A program made the position numbers and the translations under genes. The notes beneath the pieces were generated by a model that made no database searches, had not been told where the DNA came from, and was given only the letters and a program-made list of their open reading frames with translations. This document shows positions 14,501 through 28,250 of a stretch of 64,000 bases of DNA, piece by piece. Numbering within the stretch: the stretch's first letter is position 1; every line of letters begins with the position of its first letter. Source of the stretch: Octopus sinensis (Eukaryota); the NCBI RefSeq assembly GCF_006345805.1, contig NC_042997.1:194742001-194806000 (forward strand), given 5' to 3'.

Positions 14501-15111
14501 ATGATATTATAATAATATAATATAATGAAATTATTGTATACAGTGCTCAGGTGCACCACAGCTTGTCAAAAGTGCATATAAAGCCTATGCAGTAATGTAC
14601 AAATGTCTGGAAAGTGAACAGTGTATGAGTCAGATACATGCTTGCGTGTGTATGGAGGGGATAAAATCAGGTGTAGTGTTGGCGAATCTCAGGAAGCATG
14701 GAAGTTTTGAAGGATGCAGTGCTCCGACAACTAACAACCGATGCCGGCAGTTTGTTCCATGCTTCAGCAACTCTTAGCGTGAAAAAATGTTTCCAAAAGT
14801 CATGGGAGCTGTGCTGTTTTCTGGCTTTGTAAACATGTCCACGGGTGTTAGAACATATTAACGGTGGTGCCCCAGCATGGCCGCGGCCTTCAGGCTAAAA
14901 CATTTTTAAGGATTTAAGGAACATATTAATGAAAAGTTTTGATGGAAGATTTTGTCCAGATCACTTTAAAATAGGAATTTTGTGTTATAGAATCAGGGGG
15001 CAGTGTCAGGTTGGTGGGTGTCAAACAGGTTAATTCTTAAATCTAAAATTTAACCTTCTTGCTTTCTTTTGCTTGAATTGCAAAACATGTTTTTTTCTTT
15101 CTTTTCATCAG

Positions 15112-15240
15112 AATTTATTAAAAAAGACAGAGACAATGAGCCAGAAAATATATCAGACCATGTACAAGAAAGTCCAATTGAAAGTAAAGACAAATACAAT
15201 AAATGGAAAGAATCCTTTGTAAGCATGATAAATGATGAGG
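15112..15240 (+). CDS. RGS-domain protein, coding exon (N-terminal linker and RGS helix 1)
   Basis: Acceptor cttttcatcAG, donor G|gtaggt, phase 1-1. Translates (E)FIKKDRDNEPENISDHVQESPIESKDKYNKWKESFVSMINDE; WKESF matches the RGS W.ESF..LL start. Phase joins the exon at 18459. Confidence 0.85.
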
Positions 15241-15533
15241 GTAGGTAAAACCATGTCTAAACTAAGTACAATACAAAATAAAATCCGATATTATTGGTTC
15301 AACATCTTGAGTGCTCAAATCCTGCTTATATCAGTTTTGCCCTTCATATTTTCTGGGTCATCATCATTGTTTAACATTCGCCTTCCATGCTAGCATGGGT
15401 TGGATGATTTTGACTGAGGGCTGGCGAACCAGATGGCCGCACCAGGCTCCAATCTTGATCTGGCAGAGTTTCTACAGCTGGATGCCCTTCCTAACACCAA
15501 CCACTCCGAGAGTGTAGTGGGTGCTTTTTACAT

Positions 15534-16200
15534 GCCACCGGCATAGGGCCAGTCAGGCAGTACTGGCAATGACCTTGCTCGAATCTTTTTACACATGCCA
15601 CCAGCACAAGTGCCAGTAAGGCGATGTTGGTAACGATCATGCTCGAATGGTGCCCTTTTACGTGCCACTGGCACAGGGCCAGTCAGGCAGTACTGGCAAT
15701 GACCTTGCTCGAATCTTTTTACACATGTCACCAGCACAAGTGCCAGTAAGGCAATGTTGGTAACGATCACGCTCGAATGGTGCTCTTTTACGTGCCACCG
15801 GCACAGGTCAAGTCAAGCGGTACTGGCAATGACCTTGCTCGAATCTTTTTACACATGTCACCAGCACAAGAGCCAGTAAGGCAATGTTGGTAACGATCAC
15901 GCTCGAATGGTGCCCTTTTACATGCCACCAGCACAGGTCAAGTCAGGCGGTACTGGCAATGACCTTGCTCGAATCTTTTTACACATGTCACCAGCACAAG
16001 TGCCAGTAAGGCGATGTTGGTAACGATCATGCTCGAATGGTGCCCTTTTATGTACCACCGGCACAGAGCCGGTTGGCTGCTCTGTCAACGATCACGCTCA
16101 GATGGTGCTTTTGGAACCCTACTAGCACGGGCACAAGTGCCAGTGAAGTGACGCTGGTAATGATCACACTCGAATGGTGCTCTTTTATGTGCCACTGGCA
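15534..16200. repeat. 130-bp tandem array inside a family B SINE
   Basis: Units start at 15534, 15664, 15794, 15924 and 16054. Confidence 0.85.
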
Positions 16201-17277
16201 CGGAAGCCGGTTAGCCATTAAAATTAAATATTAGTTAGGTACTAAGATTAAAACCTTCCCCTCAAAAGTACTGGCCTTGTGCATAAATTAGAAACCATTA
16301 TTAATTCAACATCTTTAAGAATTATAGAAATATCATGGAAGCTTCTGAGAGCAACATCATCAAAGTGTTTTTTCCTTAAATTTGCTTATCAACTTAATCC
16401 AGTCCTCATTGAGTTTGCACTAAATTCTTATTCTGGGTCAGGTTCGATACTTTCAAAAGAGTTGTATGTACATGATGGTGTTTATACCCAAGGGTTGTAA
16501 TAAGGATCTAAAATATTTTAAAGTAAGAACACAAAATCAATGAGGTTATAATTAAATTCTGTTTGTCTCAATTATTCCTCAATGAAGGGCAGGCTTTGCT
16601 GACCACTGCTTTTGTGCTGAAAGGCAGGCCTTATCAGATGTTATATTTTGAAGGCTTCTACACCTTAAGAGAGGACGAAGACACTCAACTACTTTGTTGT
16701 TATTTTCAGAGTCACACAACTGTTACTTATATGATTGAGGAGTGCCTGCTCAGGGTGGTTGGTCATGTTGTTCAATTCTCTGAGTTAGACCCTGCTTACT
16801 GTTTTCTCTTCACTGAGGATCCAGCTGGGTTGGCAGATTGTGCTGGTTGACCACATGCTACAGGGTCATGGCAGATGAGGAATGAGGAAGTATCTTGCAG
16901 AGATGGGATTGACTGGGGACTCTACAGGACGGGTCACCCAGGAGGATTCTCTTTTACTCTTTTACTTGTTTCAGTCATTTGACTGCGGCCATACTGGAGC
17001 ACCGCCTTCAATCGAGCAACAGGACCCCGGGACTTATTCTTTTGTAAGCCCAGTACTTATTCTATCGGTCTCTTTTGCCGAACCGCTAAGTGATGGGGAC
17101 ATAAATACACCAGTAAATACACCACTATTTATCGATATATTCCTGAGGCTTGTTTATCTATCTATCTACCTATTTATCCTATCTATCTATCTATCTATCT
17201 CTATCCATCTGTCTATCTATCTATTGCCTCTGTCAAGCAATGCTAGGGGGACAAACACAGACGCACAAACACACACA

Positions 17278-17329
<52 letters not shown>

Positions 17330-17739
17330 TACGACGGGCTTCTTTCAGTTTCCATCTACCAAATCCACTCACAAGGCTTTGGTCGGCCCGAAGCTATAGC
17401 AGAAGACACTTGCCCAAGGTGCCACGCAGTGGGACTGAACCCGGGACCATGTGGTTGGTAAACAAGCTACTTACCACATGGCCACTCCTGCGCCTCAGGA
17501 ATATATCGATAAATAGTGGATGCAGCAACATACTACAATTGCACAGGCCCTGACACTTATTTGTCTTTCTTTTCTTCTTTCATTTTCCTCTTTCTTTCTC
17601 TTCTTTTTGTTATTGTTATTCTTTACTTCTTTTTTACTTTTTTACTGTTGCCGTTGATGTTGTTCTTCAGTTCTGTCTTACACCATCTTTTCCTTTTGTC
17701 TTTTTTCCATCCCATCTTGTCTCTGCCCATCTGTCACTT

Positions 17740-18445
17740 TATGCATCTATTTATCTACCTTCTATCTCTTTATTTCTGTGTCATCTATCTATCTATCTAT
17801 CTACCATCTATCTATCCCACTATCTAACTACCTATCTATATAGCTATGTCTATCCATCCAAGCAACTATTTATCTGTCTGTCTATCTATCTATCTATCTA
17901 TCTAGCTACCTACCCATTTATCCTATTTGTCTGTCTGTCTGTTTATCTATCTATCCATATAGCTGTCTGTCTATCCATCCAGCTACCTATTTATCTGTCT
18001 ATTTATCTATCTGCCTGTCTGTCTGTCTACCCATTTATCCTATCTATCTATCCTAGTTATCTATCTATCTACCCATTTATCCAATCCATCCATCTATCCT
18101 ATATATATTTATCTGGCTATCTATCTATCTATTGATCCATCTATCTATCCGGCTATCTATCTATCTACCCATTTATCCTATAGATCCATCTATCCTATTT
18201 ATCTATCTATCTATCTATCTATCTATCTGTGTCTATCTATCTATCTATCTATCTATCCATTTATCTACCTTCTGTCTCTTTGTATCTCCCTTGTCTGCCT
18301 CTTTACCACTTATCTCTTTATGCTGTTACCTATTTCTCGATCTGTGTATCTATCCACCAGTCAACCACCTACCTATTTATCTGTGTATCTATCTATCTCT
18401 TTACGTATCCCTCCGTCTATCATATATCTATTTATCTGTCTTTAT
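17740..18445. repeat. Long degenerate (TATC)n array
   Basis: About 700 bp of ATCT-type repeats ending just before the RGS acceptor at 18457-18458. Confidence 0.9.
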
Positions 18446-18458
18446 CCAATTACTGCAG

Positions 18459-18625
18459 AAGGTTTCAGTATATTTCGAGAATACCTTTCTTCTCAATACT
18501 GTGATGAAAACTTAGATTTCTGGAAAGCAGTTGAAGACTTCCGAGTCGAACCTGATGACACCCAAATTCGTGCCCGAGCTGGAGCCATTTATAAAAGATT
18601 CATCATGAAGGGAGCACCACGTTGT
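18459..18625 (+). CDS. RGS-domain protein, central exon
   Basis: Acceptor tactgcAG, donor TGT|gtaagt, phase 1-0. Translates (E)GFSIFREYLSSQYCDENLDFWKAVEDFR...IYKRFIMKGAPRC, the hallmark RGS F..FL..E...EN..FW...E motif. Confidence 0.95.
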
Positions 18626-18714
18626 GTAAGTGTCAGCTTTTTCTCTTCGTTAATAATCAACTCAGAGATTTTTTTTGGTTTTAGATTGATGGAATTTATA
18701 GTTGTGGTACCAGT

Positions 18715-19098
18715 GCCGGTGGCACATAAGAGGACCATCCGAACGTGGCCGTAGCCAGCATCGCATCGACTGGCCTCCGTGCTGGTGGCACGTAACAAAC
18801 ACCATCCGATCGTGGCCGTTGCCAGCCTTGCCTGGCCTCCATGCCGGTGGCACGTAAAAAGCACCATCCGAGTGTGGCCGTTCGCCAGCCTCATCTGGCA
18901 ACTGTATCGGTGGCACATAAAAAGCACCCACTACACTCACGGAGTGGTTGGCGTTAGGAAGGGCATCCAGCTGTAGAAACACTGCCAGATCTGACTGGCC
19001 TGGTGCAGCCTTCAGGCTTCCCAGACCCCAGTTGAACCGTCCAACCCATGCTAGCATGGAAAGCGGACGTTAAACGATGATGATGATGATGATGATGA
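18715..19098 (+). mobile_element. SINE-like family B (AGGAAGGGCATCCAGCTGTAGAAA core, RTE-like ACGTTAAAC(GAT)n tail, variable internal GTGCCAC repeats)
   Basis: More than 20 copies seen, e.g. 4058-4240, 5460-5905, 10920-11220, 11710-11940, 20720-20990, 25065-25560, 26525-26720, 35420-35642, 36470-36768, 43665-43925, 49575-49942, 51730-52140, 62050-62302, 63240-63680. Confidence 0.8.
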
Positions 19099-21064
19099 TA
19101 TTTGTTGGATGATAAAGTTTTGTAATGGAAAGGAGGGAGGCGCAATGGCCCAGTAATTAGGACAGCGGACTCACAGTCGGAGGATCGTGGCTTCGATTCC
19201 CAGACCAGGCGTTGTGTGTTTATTGAGCGAAAACACCTAAAAGCTCCGTGAGGCTCCGGCAGGGATGGTGGTGACCCCTGTTGTACTCTTTTGCCACAAC
19301 TTTCTTCCTGTTTCTTGAGTAACGCTGCGATGGACTGGCGTCCCATCTAGCTGTGGGGGACACATACACCACAGAAACAGGGAAACCGGGCCCATGACCC
19401 TGGCTAAGATTGAAAAGGGTGACGTTTATTGTTTAATGGAAAGGGGACACTTCAAGCCAGCTTTTGTTAAGGAACGAGACTGATCCAAAATTGGAGTGGA
19501 CTTGGGAGGTCTCTGTTGAACTTGAGGTAAATGTTACTTCACACTTTTTGCCAGAGACAGCAAATTAGCAAAAACGTTTTACCAGACAATTAAGATATTT
19601 TTTTAATTTAAGGAAAAAAATTTATAATATTTGAAAAAAGTCTTTTACTTCCCTTATACAAGTACGTCCAAAATTCATAAGTAAACAGACTTCCACAGGT
19701 CAAATTCACATACTCTCTTTTACTCTTTTACTCTTTTAGTTGTTTCAGTCATTTGACTGCGGCCATGCTGGAGCACTGCCTTTAATCGAGCAACTAGACC
19801 CCGGGACTTATTCTTTTGTAAGCCCAGTACTTATTTTATCGGTCTCTTTTGCCGAACCGCTAAGTAACGGGGACATAAACATACCAGCATCGGTTGTCAA
19901 GCAATGCTAGGGGACAAACACACAAACACACACATGCATATATATATTATATATATACATATATACGACGGGCTTCTTTCAGTTTCCGTCTACCAAATCC
20001 ACTCACAAGGCTTTGGTCGGCCCGAGGCTATAGTAGAAGACATTCACCCAAGGTGCCACGCAGTGGGACTGAACCCGGAACCATGTGGTTGGTTAGCAAG
20101 CTACTTACCACACAGCCACTCCTGCCACATCTTGAAAAAAATCTTTTACTCCCCTCACACAAGTACGTACAAAAGTTCATAATAAGCAGACTTCACAGGT
20201 CAAATTCAACATTCACATATATCTATGGCCATCTCGAGAGATCACCACCACAGTTGACTGGAGTCTGGTGCAGCCTTCCAGCTTACCAACCCTAGTCAAA
20301 CAGTCCATCCCATGCCAGCATGAACAATGGACATTGAATGATGATGATGATGATGATGATGTATATATATGTCATGTATGTATGGGTATGTATATCATCA
20401 TCATCATCATCATCATTACTGTTTAACGTCTGTTTTCCATACTGGCATGGGTTGAACAGTTTGACTGAAGTCCAGAGAGCCAGTGGCTGCACCGGGCTGA
20501 CCTGGCACGGTTTCTACAGCTGGATGCCCTTCCTAATGCCAATCACTCCAAGAGTGTAGCGGGTGCTTTTTATGTGCCACTGGCATAGGAGCCAGTCTGG
20601 TGGACCTGGCATTGATCACATTCAGATAGTGCATTTTACATGCCCCTGGCACGGGAGCCAGCCAGAGGGTACTGGCATAGGCCACATTTAGATGGTGCTT
20701 TTTACATGCCACCGATATATATATCATCATCATCAATCATCGTTTAACGTCCGTTTTCCATGCTAGCATGGGTTGGACGGTTCGACCGGGGTCTGGGAAG
20801 CCAGGAGGCTGCACCAGGCTCCAGTCTGATCAAGCAGTGTTTCTACAGCTGGATGCCCTTCCTAATGCCAACCACTCCGTGAGTGTAGTGGGTGCTTTTT
20901 ACGTGCCACCTGTGCCAGGGGAGGCTGGCAACGGCACAGGTATCACAACCACAATTTCCATTTGATTTTTTTATGTTGATGTACTTGACTCAATAGGTAA
21001 GTCATCTTGTTTTTCAGTTCTTTATATATTCTCTTTCTATCTCTCTCTCTCTTTTTATTTTCAG

Positions 21065-21229
21065 ATAAATTTGCGCTCAAAAAGTCGTGAAAAACTTGGT
21101 GAACAGTTGAAAGGCCCAATTACCCGAAATTTCTTCGATGAAATGCAGAAAGAAATTGTAGAAGTCATGCATAGGGACCCTTATCAGAGGTTCTTGAGAT
21201 CGGATTATTATCGAAACTTATGTACATAG
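21065..21229 (+). CDS. RGS-domain protein, terminal coding exon
   Basis: Acceptor tttttattttcAG, phase 0. Translates INLRSKSREKLGEQLKGPITRNFFDEMQKEIVEVMHRDPYQRFLRSDYYRNLCT*, with RGS motifs (V/I)N(L/I) and M..D.Y.RFL.S..Y. Stop TAG at 21227-21229. Confidence 0.95.
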   Translation: MNLRSKSREKLGEQLKGPITRNFFDEMQKEIVEVMHRDPYQRFLRSDYYRNLCT

Positions 21230-22080
21230 ATTCATATGAAGATGGTTGGAGGGGAGGGGGAGCCTTACTAATGTCACCACAACTGCCATTGTCATCACCA
21301 GTTAACACTACCATCACCAGTTACTATCACTACAACTATTGCCTCCAACACAAACACTATAAACCAACAAAAGATCCTCCATGTGGTATATCAAAATGCT
21401 AGAAATAGCAGCTTAATTTCTCTAAATTCCCCATAGCCATAAGAAAGGGACGGCACATTTGACAATGTAGCCTTAGGTGCACAATGCCTGAAAACAAAAT
21501 TGAATGATTATGGCTGGAACACCTTTTGATCATTATTCTGCTCAACTGTAACTGACATAGAGCTAAAAACAACTCTGTTACTATTACTATGATTGCCACT
21601 CCCAATATGACCTCTACCACTTCTCTACTGTCAACCAGTCAAAATATTCTAAATACAACTACCAAAACTACTCTAATTCAATAACAAATAGTTTCTATCA
21701 ACATCACCGTTACCATGCCTCAACATCACCGTTACCATGCCACTACTAAACTACTCCCGGACCAACCAACCATTCATTATGCTGAACAATCACCATCTTC
21801 ATCATCACCACTACCAACCTCGTTGCTATATCTATATGCTAACACACTGAGTTCGAATTCCACCGAGGTCGACTTTGCCTCTCATCCTTTTGGAGTCAAT
21901 AAAACAAGTACCACTGGGGCTGATGTCATCACCTAGCCCTGTCCCACAAAATTTCATGCCTTGTGCCTCTAATAGAAAGAAATGTTACTGTCAACACAAA
22001 CCAATAAGAGACCCTCTACACAGTCACTCAATCTGCTAGAAATAGCAACCAAATCACCTTTAAATGACAAGGTTCTAGAT

Positions 22081-22427
22081 CAGTAGTTCTCAATCATTTT
22101 TACTTGTGAACCTCATTGATTACTATTTTATTCTGGTGAACCCCCATAGCCATTCTATTTTTTAAAAACTAGTTTCACAGAGGCTTCTTTCAAAACTCCT
22201 ATTTTCTTCATCACACATTCGCTTGTGTAGTTTGAACTATGTAAAATGTCAGAGAAAGAAACGTAGCTGTTTGTTGCAATTAATACATCTACAGCAAAAC
22301 TTTTTTTTTTTAAATAGATTCTCTAAATACTATTGTGGCTCCCAAATTTACTATTTTGCTTATATAGACCCAAAAAAATCTTATACAGATTTTCAGGGGC
22401 CACATGGTCTCTGGTTGAGAATCACTG
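22081..22427. mobile_element. hAT (Charlie-like) MITE
   Basis: TIRs CAGTAGTTCTCAA and CAGTGATTCTCAA. 8-bp TSD TTCTAGAT/TTCTGGAT matches the NTCTAGAN preference. Confidence 0.75.
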
Positions 22428-24371
22428 TTCTGGATAAGATGAAACAATGAGATGTTCACAAATTGAATGTGTTTGACCATAGATTTATTTAATCAAGGAT
22501 GACCTGGGAACAAACAACAGCAATTACAACTACTGCCAAAAAAATTATGACTGCAATTACCACCACGATTTCATTTTCTACTTTCACTATCACTTCACAA
22601 ATTGTACCACCAGCAACAACCAGTATTTCCTTTACAACAATATCAACCACTACTAACAGCTGTATCCAGTACTACATCCAACATCCTTACAATATGAAGT
22701 TCACCACTGTCATCATAATCACTACCTCCTCTACCATCCAACACTTGAATATTTTCAGTTACTTTCTCCATTTATTAGGTTAATCTGGCCAACCTATTAA
22801 TTATTTATTATTACTTTAAGCCATCCAATCACTTAATCATTTTAAGCTCATGGATGAAGGTTTAAAATAAAAAACAATTTTCATTTTAACTTGGTCATCA
22901 ACCAGCTCACTTCATTTTATGTTGCTAATCTATTGAGAAAGACATGATATCACATAACCTCATTTTACAGTCCTTGATAAATCTAAAGTATTGCATTTGT
23001 ACCTTATTTTACTGAAGTGGTCCACACCTCTTACAATGTCTCTTTTATAGCATATGATAAAAAAAACAAATGAGATACAATGTCTTTTTTATAGCATATG
23101 ATAAAAAACAGATCGGAATTAACAATTAATGCAGCGTTTCTCAACCAGGGCTCCCCGGAACCCTAGGATTCCACGAGAAAGAGTGAGATAAACTAATGCT
23201 AATTTCATGATCGTAATATTACTATACATGCACAGCATATTGTTGGTTATTGTAATATTGTAATATAGACATCATCCTGTCTAACCTATTATGCTATCAA
23301 AATAATATAACAACCACTGGGGATATATTTAGTGATGTCTTTAATTTATGGACAACCTATATATTGGGTTGTCCGGAAAGTTCATGCTGATTTTTAAAGG
23401 AAAGGAAAAGGTCAATAAATACTTGCCATTACATTTTTAATCAACCAAATATAAACCGTTTTGTTGCACAATGTTTTGGCAGGATGCCTTTCCTAACATC
23501 AACCACTCAGCAGAATGGACTTAGTGCTTGTTACATGATGCAAGCACAGGTGAGGTTAGTCTTGGCAAGGTTTTTACAGCTGGATGCCCTTCCAAATGCC
23601 AACCACTTTACAGTGTGGACTGGATGCTTTTAAGTGGCACCTACACTGACAGGGTCACCAAGTACTTGCAAGACAAAAAACTTTTAAGAGGGGAGGAGAT
23701 GATGATAAAAAGGTTATAGTGAGACAGATTCAGGTGTAATGTATAAATTACATAGGGAGGATGTGATTGATGGTGAGAGGAAGGATTGAAGGTTCCAGTT
23801 GAACCAATCAACAAACCAGCCTACTTGTGAAATTGATGTGCAAGTGGCTGAGCACTCCACAGACATGCGTACCCTTAATGTAGTTCTTAGGGAGATTCAG
23901 TGTGACACAAAATGTGACAATGCTGGCCCCTTTGAAATACAAGTACAACTCATTTTTGCCAGCTAAATAAACATGAAAGTGTCTCGCTCAAAGACACAAC
24001 ACGCCACTGTGAGTCAAACTCACAACCTTTAATGATAACGAGCCAAATACCTAAACCATGCACCTTCACTTATAACATGTTTGTTTAATAAGGATTATAC
24101 TAATTACCAATTATATTAATGAAGTTTAGTATTATAGAAAAACAGATGTAATTAATCATTGCTCTGTTATGTTCTGTTGATAATCTTGTTTATATGTTAA
24201 TGATTAAGTAATACAGTTAATTGGTTTACAGAAAACATGAGTTTAGTTCCCTGAGGCAATATATATATATATAATTATTATTTAAGGGAATATTAATCTT
24301 AACTTACAGGGAAAAATTCAATTTAGAAATACTAAATCAAATTTCACACAATATAATATATATATATATAA

Positions 24372-24680
24372 AAATTAGAAAAAAACCCACCTTTTATCAA
24401 TTCAAAATGAACAATTAAATTACACCATCTAGAAAATTACATATAATAGAAATATTAAAATTAAAATAACAATAATATACCGATGATTAAGTAAATTGCA
24501 AAACAATAATTAAAAAAATATTGTACCAATTATATACGTTTTTATTATTTTTTTGCAATTTACTTAATCATCGGTATATTATTGCTATTTTAATTTTAAT
24601 ATTTCTATTATATGTAATTTTCTAGATGGTGTAATTTAATTGTTCATTTTGAATTGATAAAAGGTGTTTTTTTCTAATTT
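24372..24680. repeat. Long AT-rich palindrome (about 140-bp arms) flanked by (TA)n
   Basis: About 24372-24512 pairs with 24542-24680. Confidence 0.9.
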
Positions 24681-27018
24681 ATATATATATATATATGTAT
24701 GTATATGTCTACACACATACACATTCTTTCACTTGTTTCAGTCATTGGACTACAGCTACGATGGAACACCATCTTGAACGGTTTAGTCAAATCAACTCCT
24801 GTACTTTATTTTTTAAATATGGTACTTATACACCATCTCCTTTGCTAAACTGTTAAGTTAGAAGGACATAAACAAACCAACATTGGTTCTCAAGCAGTTG
24901 TGGAAAGCAAAACACATACACAAACAATGGGCTTCCAAAGTTGCTATTTATCAAATTCATTCCCAAGACATTGGTCAGCCCAGGGATATACTAAAAAACT
25001 CTTGCCCAAGGTGGCGTGTATATATGTAAATTATGTGTGTGTGTGTATATATATATATAATAATCATCATCATTTAACGTCCGGTTTCCATGCTGGCATC
25101 GGTTGGACGATTTGGCTGAGATCTAGCGAACCAGAGGGCTGCACCAGGCTCCAGTCTTGATTTGGCAGAGTTTCTACAGCTGGATGCTCTTCCTAATGCC
25201 AACCACTCCGAGAGTGTAGTGGGTGCTTTTACATGCCACCGGCACAAGGGCCAGTCGGGCAGTACTGGCAGCAGCCATGCTCAAATGGTGCTTTTTATGT
25301 GCCACCTGCACAGAAGCCAGTCCAGCGGCACTGGCAATGACCTCACTCAAATGTTTTTTCATGTGCCACTAGCACAAATGTCAGTAAGGTGACGCAGGTG
25401 ACGATCATGCTCAAATGTTGCTTTTTACGTGCCACCGGCATGGAGGCCAACTTGTTGCTCTGGCAACGATCATGCTCGTATGGTACTCTTAGTGCTCCAC
25501 TAGCACAGATGCTAGTCATCAAATTTGACTTCGACTTCACTTGCCTCAACAGGTCTTCACAAGTAGAGTTTAGTGTCCAAATGAAGCAAAGGTACGCATA
25601 ACTGAGCTGGTTACACCCCTGGCATAGGCCACAAGGTTATGGTCTCACTTGAGCTTGCTGAGTCTTTTCAATCACAGCATATTTCCAGAGGTCCCGGTCA
25701 CTAGTCATTGCCTATATATAGTTTTGTATTTACGTCATACGTATACAAACATAAGTTTGTTTTCGAAGCCATTGAAATGTATTGTAGAACAAGTAGAAAG
25801 AGATATTTTTCAACGCTTAAATACTGATAGAACAGCATATACGGGATAAAATCCTTTTAGAGCAGAAAAATTTGTCGGCAACCAGCCATGAGGATTGAAC
25901 TCACACCCCTCGAATATCCGGTCAGAGTGCTCTACCTTTAAGCTAAACTGCCAACCGACAAATTCTTCTGCAATTTTTGAAGTTATAAAGTCATCCAGAA
26001 ATGCTAAACGTCATAGGAATTATGTCATATGTAAACAAACACGAGTTTGTTTTCAAGCGTGTTGTAGAGGTTTTGTATTTGTTTTTTCAAGATTCGTGAT
26101 GTGATGTATATATACTTATCACTCTTAGTTTTGCCAACTGACTAGAATATGCTCTGAGGAGGTCAAAACAAGAGTGAAACATGCTTGTTGCTTACACCAG
26201 TTGGCCCTAAAGACCAGATCTACTTCAAACTGAACTATATTTTTGAAAAACCTCCATCAACTGAACTTATTGGAATTATCTCCCTTGATTGCCTTTTTAA
26301 GTTTGTAACACCCTTATTACGGAGCACTACGGTTGATGTTATCAACTTAATTAACCCTGAGTAAGAGTATAAAAATTGCATCCCTCTACCAGTATGGCAG
26401 AGTAGGCTCATCAAACCAGTATGATCTCAAGCTGAAATTCATGGTCTTTACATTGAACCATTCTTGGTAGAGAGAACATGCCGAGGCCTTTGTCCTGCAG
26501 TGGACTGAACATATGCAACCCCATCATCTTCATTTAACGTCTGTTTTCCATGCTAGCATGGGTTGGATGGTTTGACCAGGGTCTGGGAAGCCAGGAGGTT
26601 GTGCCTGGCTCGTCTGATCTGGCAGTGCTTCTACAGCTGGATGCCCTTCTTAATGCCAACCGCTCTGTGAGTGTAGTGGGTGCTTTTTACGTGCCACTGG
26701 CACAGGGGCCAGAGGAGGCTTGCACATCCCAAAATAAAAACAATGGAGAGTTTTTTTAACAGTAAGTTGCTTAGATAGCATCAGTTCATCAAAGTTTTAC
26801 AATTTTACTAGAAACAATACCATATTTGTATTTAGTATCCACAGCACTTATTCTGAGGTACTTTCTCTTAGTTATATTGGATGTATCCATCACAAGGTCC
26901 AGTTCCTGTTGTGATGTGGAGGCTTGTGTGCCTCCATGACCCTAACAACTATGTCAACAGAGCATTGGTTTCTGATAGGACCTTTCATGCTAGATAGATC
27001 AAAGTATAGAGGCGAGAC

Positions 27019-27469
27019 CAATGGTTCTCATCTGGGGTTCATGACCCTTGAGAACCCACACAAGATTGTTGCAAAAATTTATGTACAGCAAACTGGTTAT
27101 GCTTTTACAATACACAAACTATTTTTTTACATTTTTTTTTCAATACGTAATAATAATTAATTATAAAAATATAATCAAGGGGTCCATAGGTAAAAAATGG
27201 TTGAGAACCCTTGAGCTAGACTAGGGGTTCCCAATTGGGGTCCACGAGTAAAAGATTATAATTTGTGGCTCCATATATAAATTTTGCTTACTAGGATAGG
27301 TACCTGTATTTATTGAAATTTTCAAGATTTGTGTTTGGAATTTATGTTATGAATATAATGAAATTGTTTCATTGTTAGTTTTTACTAACCTACAAACAAA
27401 TATTTTGTTTCAAAAATTTACATGTGCATATATGGGGTCCACAAGCAAAATAAAGTTGGGAACCCTTGG
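27019..27469. mobile_element. Two abutting hAT-like MITEs (about 27019-27213 and 27222-27469)
   Basis: TIRs CAATGGTTCTCA/CAAGGGTTCTCA and TAGGGGTTCCCAA/CAAGGGTTCCCAA. Flanking 8-mers GGCGAGAC, AGCTAGAC, GACTAGAC are partially matching. Confidence 0.55.
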
Positions 27470-27606
27470 ACTAGACTAAAATGGACCACCTCTTCCCAGA
27501 GGTATAAATGGGTTTGCATAGGATCAACAATCCTGCCAAGAAAATGGCAAAGCAACAACAATAATTAAAAAACAACAGGACCTGGGAGAGGAAGGACTTC
27601 TCAGGT

Positions 27607-28250
27607 GCAGGAGTAGCTGTGTGGTAAGTAGTTTGCTTACCAGCCACATGGTTCCGGGTTCAGTCCTACTGCATGGCACCTTGGGCAAGTGTCTTCTACT
27701 ATAGCCTCGGGCTGACCAAAGCCTTGTGAGTGGATTTGGTAGACGGAAACTGAAAGAAGCCCGCCATATATATATATATATATATATCATCATCATCATC
27801 ATTTAGCGTCCGCTTTCCATGCTAGCATGGGTTGGACGGGTCAACTGGGGTCTGTGAAGCTGGAAGGCTTCGTCAGGCCTAGTCAGATCTGGCAGTGTTT
27901 CTACGGCTGGATGCCCTTCCTAACGCCAACCACTTCGCGAGTGTAGTGGGTGTTTTTTACGTGCCACCTGCACAGGTGCCAGACAGAGCTGGCATATATA
28001 TATATATATATATATATATTTATGTGTGTGTGTGTTTGTATGTCTGTTTTTGTCCCCCTCACACACACACAACATCGCTTGACAACCAATGCTAGTGTGT
28101 TTACGTCCCCGTAACATAGCAGTTCAGCAAAAGAGACCGATAGAGTAAGGACTAGGCTTACAAAGAATAAGTCCTGGGGTCAATTTCCTTGACTAAAGGC
28201 GGTGCTCCAGCATAGCCGCAGTCAAATGACTGAAACAAGTAAAAGAGTAG
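27607..28250 (+). mobile_element. SINE family A with a family B SINE nested in its central microsatellite (about 27787-27990)
   Basis: Head at 27607, (TA)n, family B sequence, (TA)n(TG)n, then the family A 3' half. Confidence 0.8.

Noticed and set aside
25881-25952. Functional tRNA gene
   Set aside because: The acceptor stem and anticodon arm do not pair properly. It is treated as a tRNA-derived element instead.
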